DNA of 64,000 nucleotides from Eledone cirrhosa (Eukaryota): NCBI GenBank assembly GCA_964016885.1, contig OZ024746.1, positions 101,432,001 to 101,496,000 of the forward strand, read 5' to 3'. Shown piece by piece: positions 55,224 to 64,000 of this stretch (position 1 is its first letter; each line of letters starts with the position of its first letter). The notes under the pieces were generated by a model. It saw only the letters and a program-made list of their open reading frames with translations, ran no database searches and was not told where the DNA came from. The position numbers and the translations under genes were made by a program.

Positions 55224-55264
55224 GGTACTGATGAAGGGTAACAACCCAGAAACATTAGTATGCC
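55224..55264 (+). ncRNA. Minimal type I hammerhead ribozyme motif (Penelope-like)
   Basis: GGTA-CTGATGA-A-GGGT(aaca)ACCC-A-GAAAC-atta-GTA-TGCC: conserved core, stem I ggta/tgcc, stem II gggt/accc, GUA cleavage triplet. Confidence 0.55.
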
Positions 55265-55399
55265 AACACAAGAGCAAGAATAACGGAGTCATTCTACTGA
55301 CATGGCTTAAGAGGCTGTTTGCATAATTGCAAACGAATCTTTGAAAAACTCAGATTTACATTTCTTGTATTCAGCCATGTAGAGCAATAAAACTATTTG

Positions 55400-55477
<78 letters not shown>

Positions 55478-55746
55478 GATAGTATATATATAATTATAAG
55501 TGTGAACAACAGACACCATTTACCTAATAATTCCCAGAAGGAATTAACTAAATAAATAATCATTAACCCGAGCTAAATACAATTATGTGTATGAAGAGAA
55601 AATAGACAAAAATTTTTATGCTCTATAATTTATATATACTGTGTATATATATATATATTATAAGAACAGATTAAAGTTTAAGCAAAGAATCGCTGCTTTC
55701 ACTCTTAATGGGATCTCTTATACACACACATATATATATATGTATA

Positions 55747-56263
55747 CAGTGAGTCCTCGATATACGGTATATATGCATTCCTGAAACCCTTACCGTATAT
55801 CGAATTACCGTATAAAGAACTCATTGTCATATGAAATAGATAGGGATTTCTCTTACTTTGAATGACGTCATAACTCTTAACTGATCACTTCAGTTCGGCA
55901 AAAATTCTCTCACTGAGAGGACACGCTAGTTTGCCGAACTGAAGTGATCAGTTAAGAGTTATGATGTCATTGATCGATGACTGAACTCGCTCGTGATTGG
56001 CCAGTTTCTCGGTAAGGTCAGTTAGTACGATAGCAGTAGTAACACAATTTTCCTAGAATTCGAATAGCAGTCAGTTTCCACGAATTCAAGTGCAAATTTA
56101 TTGCTTACTACAGGTGGCGCTATGGTACAATATAAACAAAATACAACCAAAAACCGTATCTGTGAATTTTTTTTACTGTAAATAGAATTGATGGTAGTAA
56201 TTACCCAAAACCGTATCTGTGAATTTACCGGATAAAGAACTACCGAATATCGAGGACCCACTG
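55747..56263. mobile_element. Tc1/mariner (pogo/Tigger-like) MITE
   Basis: TIRs cagtgagtcctcgatatacggta and taccgaatatcgaggacccactg, TA on both sides, no ORF. Confidence 0.9.
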
Positions 56264-56566
56264 TATATATACACACTCCAAAGAAAAATATTTTAAAAAT
56301 CAAAAAATATTCTTACTCTCAATTAACATGCATTTATTTTAACTGAAATCAACATGTTTCTCAGAATAGACAAACATCCAGTATGTTTTGCAAGCTATTT
56401 CCTTCCCAATCCCCTTTCATTTCCTCTATAATAATAATATTCCATAACAATCTACTGCTCCAGACTAAACTCAGCATGAAGCTCCGTAGAGGAATATTGT
56501 AAATAGATTACATTAAATTAGGATTTATTTCAGTTAGAACCAAATGAATCGAGTCATGGTTGCTAT

Positions 56567-58403
56567 AAGTTAATACATGGAGTCGTAGTTGAGTTAATAC
56601 ATGGAGTCATGGTTAAGTTAATACATGGAGTCGTGGTTGAGTTAATACATGGAGTCATGGTTGAGTTAATACATGGAGTTGTGGTTGAGTTAATACATGG
56701 AGTCGTGGTTGAGTTAATACATGGAGTCATGGTTGAGTTAATACATGGAGTTGTGGTTGAGTTAATACATGGAGTCGTGGTTGAGTTAATACATGGAGTC
56801 GTAGTTGAGTTAATACATGGAGTCATGGTTAAGTTAATACATGGAGTCGTGGTTGAGTTAATACATGAAATCGTGGTTGAGTTATTACATGGAGTCGTAG
56901 TTGAGTTAATACATGGAGTCTTGGTTAAGTTAATACATGGAGTCGTGGTTGAGTTAATACATGGAGTCATGGTTAAGTTAATACATGGAGTCGTGGTTGA
57001 GTTAATACATGAAATCGTGGTTGAGTTATTACATAGAGTCGTAGTTGAGTTAATACATGGAGTCTTGGTTAAGTTAATACATGGAGTCATGGTTAAGTTA
57101 ATACATGGAGTTGTGGTTGAGTTAATACATGGAGTCGTGGTTGAGTTAATACATGGAGTTGTGGTTGAGTTAATACATGGAGTCATGGTTGAGTTAATAC
57201 ATGGAGTTGTGGTTGAGTTAATACATGGAGTTGTGGTTGAGTTATTACATGGAGTCGTGGTTGAGTTAATACATGGAGTCGTGGTTGAGTTATTACATGG
57301 AGTCGTGGTTGAGTTATTACATGGAGTCGTGGTTGAGTTAATACATGGAGTCATGGTTGAGTTAATACATGGAGTCGTGGTTGAGTTATTACATGGAGTC
57401 GTGGTTGAGTTATTACATGGAGTCGTGGTTGAGTTAAAACATGGAGTCATGGTTAAGTTAATACATGGAGTCGTGGTTGAGTTAATACATGAAATCGTGG
57501 TTGAGTTATTACATGGAGTCGTGGTTGAGTTATTACATGGAGTCTTGGTTAAGTTAATACATGGAGTCATGGTTAAGTTAATACATGGAGTTGTGGTTGA
57601 GTTAATACATGGAGTCGTGGTTGAGTTATTACATGGAGTCATGGTTGAGTTAATACATGGAGTTGTGGTTGAGTTATTACATGGAGTCATGGTTGAGTTA
57701 ATACATGGAGTTGTGGTTGAGTTAATACATGGAGTTGTGGTTGAGTTATTACATGGAGTCAAGGTTGAGTTAATACATGGAGTTGTGGTTGAGTTAATAC
57801 ATGGAGTCGTGGTTGAGTTAATACATGGAGTTGTGGTTGAGTTAATACATGGAGTCGTGGTTGAGTTATTACATGGAGTCATGGTTGAGTTAATACATGG
57901 AGTTGTGGTTGAGTTAATACATGGAGTCGTGGTTGAGTTATTACATGGAGTCATGGTTGAGTTAATACATGGAGTTGTGGTTGAGTTAATACATGGAGTT
58001 GTGGTTGAGTTAATACATGGAGTCAAGGTTGAGTTAATACATGGAGTTGTGGTTGAGTTAATACATGGAGTTGTGGTTGAGTTAATACATGGAGTCGTGG
58101 TTGAGTTAATACATGGAGTCAAGGTTGAGTTAATACATGGAGTCGTGGTTGAGTTAATACATGGAGTCGTGGTTGAGTTATTACATGGAGTCATGGTTGA
58201 GTTAATACATGGAGTCATGGTTAAGTTAATACATGGAGTCGTGGTTGAGTTAATACATGGAGTCATGGTTGAGTTAATACATGGAGTCAAGGTTGAGTTA
58301 ATACATGGAGTCGTGGTTGAGTTAATACATGGAGTCAAGGTTGAGTTAATACATGGAGTCAAGGTTGAGTTAATACATGGAGTTGTGGTTGAGTTAATAC
58401 ATG
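56567..58403. repeat. Minisatellite, 24-bp unit, ~76 copies, stop-free in one frame on each strand
   Basis: gagttaatacatggagtcgtggtt repeated; gives (ELIHGVVV)n on + and (CINSTTTP)n on -. Confidence 0.97.
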
Positions 58404-58652
58404 TTGAACTAATACAGAATTGGACTAATAGCAAAAGACTAAATTATTTTAAAATAAAAGAAATATTTACATATTACAAAATGGGAGAGAAAAAGAAAAA
58501 ATACAATTAATTAGTGAAAGTAAGAGAAAGGAAGATGTGGCAGAGTTAGGTGGTATATCTCACCTGGCAGACAATGGTGAAGGTATTGTTATGGAGAACA
58601 GCCAGTAACAGCCACTTGATGGGGTTCCTTCTTTAGGTGGGATACACTCCTC

Positions 58653-60008
58653 TCAAGGTCTCAACTATGATCAGTAGTTCAGAGACAGGGGACACTCAAG
58701 GTCTCAACTATGATCAGTAGTTCAGAAACAGGGGACACTTAAGGTCTCAACTATGATCAGTAGTTCAGAGACAGGGGACACTCAAGGTCTCAACTATGAT
58801 CAGTAGTTCAGAGACAGGGGACACTTAAGGTCTCAACTATGATCAGTAGTTCAGAGACAGGGGACACTCAAAGTCTCAACTATGATCAGTAGTTCAGAGA
58901 CAGGGGACACTTAAGGTCTCAACTATGATCAGTAGTTCAGAGACAGGGGACACTCAAAGTCTCAACTATGATCAGTAGTTCAGAGACAGGGGACACTTAA
59001 GGTCTCAACTATGATCAGTAGTTCAGAGACAGGGGACACTCAAAGTCTCAACTATGATCAGTAGTTCAGAGACAGGGGACACTTAAGGTCTCAACTATGA
59101 TCAGTAGTTCAGAGACAGGGGACACTCAAAGTCTCAACTATGATCAGTAGTTCAGAGACAGGGGACACTTAAGGTCTCAACTATGATCAGTAGTTCAGAG
59201 ACAGGGGACACTCAAAGTCTCAACTATGATCAGTAGTTCAGAGACAGGGGACACTTAAGGTCTCAACTATGATCAGTAGTTCAGAGACAGGGGACACTCA
59301 AAGTCTCAACTATGATCAGTAGTTCAGAGACAGGGGACACTTAAGGTCTCAACTATGATCAGTAGTTCAGAGACAGGGGACACTCAAAGTCTCAACTATG
59401 ATCAGTAGTTCAGAGACAGGGGACACTTAAGGTCTCAACTATGATCAGTAGTTCAGAGACAGGGGACACTCAAAGTCTCAACTATGATCAGTAGTTCAGA
59501 GACAGGGGACACTTAAGGTCTCAACTATGATCAGTAGTTCAGAGACAGGGGACACTCAAAGTCTCAACTATGATCAGTAGTTCAGAGACAGGGGACACTT
59601 AAGGTCTCAACTATGATCAGTAGTTCAGAGACAGGGGACACTCAAAGTCTCAACTATGATCAGTAGTTCAGAGACAGGGGACACTTAAGGTCTCAACTAT
59701 GATCAGTAGTTCAGAGACAGGGGACACTCAAAGTCTCAACTATGATCAGTAGTTCAGAGACAGGGGACACTTAAGGTCTCAACTATGATCAGTAGTTCAG
59801 AGACAGGGGACACTCAAAGTCTCAACTATGATCAGAAGTTCAGAGACAGGGGACACTTAAGGTCTCAACTATGATCAGTAGTTCAGAGACAGGGGACACT
59901 TAAAGTCTCAACTATGATCAGTAGTTCAGAGACAGGGGACACTTAAGGTCTCAACTATGATCAGTAGTTCAGAGACAGGGGACACTTAAGGTCTCAACTA
60001 TGATCAGT
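58653..60008. repeat. Minisatellite, 43-bp unit with 86-bp dimer periodicity, ~31 copies
   Basis: gtctcaactatgatcagtagttcagagacaggggacact followed alternately by caaa and taag. Confidence 0.97.
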
Positions 60009-60079
60009 ATGAAAAGGATGACTATAGATCTTATTTGGTCTGAAACACTGCACCGAGTCTATGACAAATATATTTATTT

Positions 60080-60341
60080 ATACTGTAAAGTGGTCGTGTA
60101 GGTGTCACAACACAAAGCACCCAGTCCACACTGTAAAGTGGTCATGTAGGTGTCATGACAAAAAGCACCCAGTACTCGCTGTAAATCTAGTTGGCATTGG
60201 GAAGGGCATCCAGCTGTAGAAACCAAGTCAGAAACAGTTGTATATGAGTAAGACACGATCATCTGACCCAACTTGCCTCTAATGGGACAACCCATCTAAC
60301 CCATGCTAGCGTGGAAAATGGATGTTAAATAATGATGATGA
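60080..60341 (+). mobile_element. RTE 3' UTR-derived fragment
   Basis: gtgtaggtgtcac...ggaagggcatccagc...cccatgctagcgtggaaaatgga...(gat)n. Confidence 0.8.
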
Positions 60342-60634
60342 TATATAAATAGAGTTCAATCAACAAAAGCAGTGGGAGCACGGTATAATTAACAGGTGTT
60401 TCATTAGGTTAGAAGGATTAAGTTTAGGTTTTTGTAAATATTTTGGGCACTGAACAGATGAACTGACAGTGTATCGTTGATTCCAGCAACAACCAGCGTG
60501 GTGTGGGTAAGGGGCTCAGTAACAACCAGCGCGGTCTGGGCAAGGGACCCAATATTATTGATGACAAACAGAACCTGAATGCTAATTAAAATAACCATTT
60601 GACATCATCTTAGTAATTTATGTTCCCAAATTAA

Positions 60635-61348
60635 CCCTAAAGCATCTGTCTCCGGCCAGAATTCTCTCACGCCTTTCTACTCAAACTGGCTGTAACCTGC
60701 CACTCATACTGATGTTATGGTATTGTTCCCAAAATAAATAATATCAAAATTTCATAGATTCGATATTATGTGAGATAACTAAGTAAGGTAAAGTCTTTAC
60801 TGTGAAAATACAATAGTATATATGGAGTAATGTAAATGTTATGAGATATTTTGTGAGTTAAAGCCTTTACTGTGAAAATACAATAGTATATATAGAGTAA
60901 TGTAAATGTTATGTGCGATATTATGTGAGGTAAAGCCTTTACTGTGAAAATACAATAGTATATATAGAGTAATGTAAATGTTATGTGAGGTATTATGTGA
61001 GGTAAAGCCTTTACTGTGAAAATACAATAGTATATATAGAGTAATGTAAATGTTATGTGCGATATTATGTGAGGTTAAGCCTTTACTGTGAAAATACAAT
61101 AGTATATATAGAGTAATGTAAATGTTATGTGAGATATTATGTAAGGTAAAGCCTCTACTGTGAAAATATAATAGTATATATAGAGTAATGTAAATGTTAT
61201 GTGAGATATTATGTGAGGTAAAGCCTTTACTGTGAAAATACAATAGTATATATAGAGTAATGTAAATGTTATGTGAGATATTATGTGAGGTAAAGCCTTT
61301 ACTGTGACAGTACAATAGTATATATAGAGTAATGTAAATGGTAATGGG
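60635..61348. mobile_element. piggyBac-like MITE containing a ~60-bp tandem array (~9 copies)
   Basis: TTAA|CCC at 60631-60637 and GGG|TTAA at 61346-61352. The left end matches the dispersed copies at 15835 and 42727 (ccctttagcattta); the right-end reverse complement is cccattaccattta. Confidence 0.65.
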
Positions 61349-61429
61349 TTAAGTAATAATTTCTTAAATCATAAATTTCTTAAATTTTCATTTCATGGAA
61401 ATATGCAAAAGATTTTTATTTTCAGAAAT

Positions 61430-61658
61430 ATGACTAATTACTTTATTATATTGTTATACTTTATTTTATATATACTTAGTCCAGTAAATACGATGGCTGG
61501 GAGACCCCTTTAGGAACTTATATGTCTGCCGGGTGCACGAGCAGAAGAACGTGTTTATCCTGCCGGCATATCACAAAATCGAATTTCATCGGAGGATACT
61601 GTTCTCATAACAACAACAAATGCATGAATTACATCTTGATTGCATGGGAGAACCGTTA
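61430..61658 (+). pseudogene. Candidate secreted Cys-rich (defensin-like) peptide ORF, frameshifted or alternatively spliced
   Basis: tttttattttcAG acceptor, ATG at 61430, hydrophobic MTNYFIILLYFILYILSPVNT. A different frame gives DGWETPLGTYMSAGCTSRRTCLSCRHITKSNFIGGYCSHNNNKCMNYILIAWENR*, with AATAAA at ~61673. Confidence 0.4.
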
Positions 61659-61732
61659 AAATAATTATAATGAATAAACGATTTATGTAACATCAGCATC
61701 TTTCTTAATATTATTATTATACTAAATCTCAA

Positions 61733-61927
61733 GGGCAGTGGATTGGCTGTATCGGTGGAGCGTCAGACACCATGCTTTGCAGCATAGAGTTACGGCCCTT
61801 TATGTTCTGAGTTCAAATCCCTCCGAGGTTAACTTTGCCTTTCATCCTTACAGTGTCGATAAAATAAAGAACCAGTAATACACTGGGATAATTGCTGGCC
61901 TTGTGCCAAAAGTAGAAACATTTATTA
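61733..61927 (+). mobile_element. Full-length tRNA-derived SINE (Meta-domain-like core)
   Basis: A-box tggctgtatcgg, B-box gagttcaaatcc, core gcctttcatccttacagtgtcgataaaataaag. Further degraded copies lie near 3273, 3655, 25808 and 1000-1210. Confidence 0.85.
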
Positions 61928-62858
61928 TACTGAATCTCCATCATAACTACAAACTGCGAATGTTGAGAGCTTTCTCCTGCTTGCTCCTCTTTTTACCAAA
62001 ACAATCTCTTTGGAACCTATATATATATATATATATCTGTGTGTGTGTGTGTATATATATATAATAGCAATTATATCCCCCACCACAAATATCAATTAAT
62101 GATATATTAAAGTTATATTTAACACTTTAGCAAATAAATTGTTAATATGCTGGTAATTTATTGCTTTAAGAAGGTAAACAAATACACTCTAGTTGCTTTG
62201 GTTTCCATCTAATCTGGGAACACCAATTTCATTGCTTACTCTAATGGATAACCTTATTAAAATTCCAATTATCGCAGTAGTATATGTTACCATGGAAACT
62301 GTATTGAAAGACAATTATTGTATATTTATAAACATTGCTAACACAACTAACCAGTTGAAGACAGTGTGAAATCTTTCTAAAAACAAACAACTATCATTAT
62401 GATATCCGCGTGAAACAATGACCAACTAAATATAAAACAAATCACATCTAATTAATTTTTCATTGGAGTCAGTTCCTTACATTTTGGTTGTCAACTTGAA
62501 AACAGCACACCACACAATCTCTCTAGTCTCAATATAATAGCAATTTTGTACTTAAGTACAAAACTCAATTATTTATTTTCCACCAGTTAACACTGATAAA
62601 CTTATTAACAGTTTATAATTTAGGAAGAACACCGAAAGAAAGAAATAATAAAAAAAAGATCAGATTGAGGAAAAAACATGATTTTTTAGAAGTGAGAAAT
62701 ATATTGGCGACATTTGTTTCTATACACCAACTTGTAAGATAATATCAAAGATTTCTTGATGAGAAATTCCTGATAATAGAATATATATATATATATATAC
62801 TTAGGTTAATAGGAGTTAGGTATTGTATACCTGTGTCCCATTAAGGTATTGGCAGCAT

Positions 62859-63113
<255 letters not shown>

Positions 63114-64000
63114 AAAATAAATTATTACCATGTTTTTGTAATCCATCTGATTTCTGAATATTAACCCTTCTTAAAAGCTCCATTGAAATAAACACACTGA
63201 CTAGAAGATGAAAGATGCTTTTACTAAATGACTATCACATCAAACTGTCTGACATTCTTTGTGTGGGCCTAAACCCACACCTTATCCTGTAGTAAAGGAA
63301 AAAGAAGTACTTGAAAAACTAAAAGGAAATGAAGTATATGCCAAAATCACGAAGCTGGCTTATGGAAAAGGAAGAAAAATGTAAACTGATTGTCTGTATT
63401 GTTTTATTATTAAACTTTAATTCTGGAGTATCTTTCAACCAATAAAAATAACTTTCAGTTTTCTAAGTTTATCATCAAAATATACTGTATTGAGATTGTT
63501 GGTAAAGCTACAATAAACTAGTGTTTAGTGGAAAAGGAACTGAAAGAGAGTTTGTCATAGCTTGGATGTTCTCACCGCTTTAGACAAGACAAGACATTTC
63601 AACAGCTTTACACTAAAGACAAAGCTATTTTAAAAAAACCAAACAACATTTCTTTGGTTGGTTTGAATAGTGTGAGGGTCAATGACCATATCTTTATAAA
63701 AGATCTCTTCAACTGAAGTCAAGTTGTTACAGATTAAAGATTTCAGTGTATGAGAAAGAAAGTATCTTTTATGTGCTGTAAGTTCTGGGGGCAAAATGTT
63801 TAGGGAGAATGTTTAACACTGTGTGCGTAATATCTTTATAATACATCAGCACTCATAATTATCATTTTACACCTGCTTTTCAATGCTGGCATGGGTTGGA
63901 CAAGTTGTTATTGACATAATTAGTGGATTAATCAAGAATTCATTTATATATTATTTAGATACTAAAACACTATAGAATCACTCATTTCATCATAATTCTA

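Overview
AT-rich, repeat-dominated eukaryotic DNA, most likely from a coleoid cephalopod such as an octopus (inferred from the style of the tRNA-derived SINEs, the RTE LINE 3' ends with (GAT)n tails, and the (TA)n/(GA)n microsatellites). Most of the window is intron of a minus-strand host gene. Two in-phase exons (44932-45055, 35065-35164) encode the N-terminal half of a Sec14/CRAL-TRIO domain of the PLEKHG4/ARHGEF40/KIAA1755 type, and a probable later exon lies at 3875-4027. The introns hold five kb-scale minisatellite arrays (40/41, 42/54, 26, 24 and 43 bp units; four show higher-order structure), a 5'-truncated RTE LINE whose ORF carries an in-frame PHD finger, and many decayed RTE and R4/Dong LINE fragments, SINEs and MITEs. 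Almost all long ORFs in the supplied track are read-throughs of tandem repeats. The most interesting candidates are: a signal-peptide plus Cys-rich (GGYC) defensin-like ORF on the + strand, a TA-targeting hairpin element with flipped and co-varying arms, the PHD-bearing RTE, and a minimal hammerhead ribozyme. All homology calls are by eye; no searches were run.
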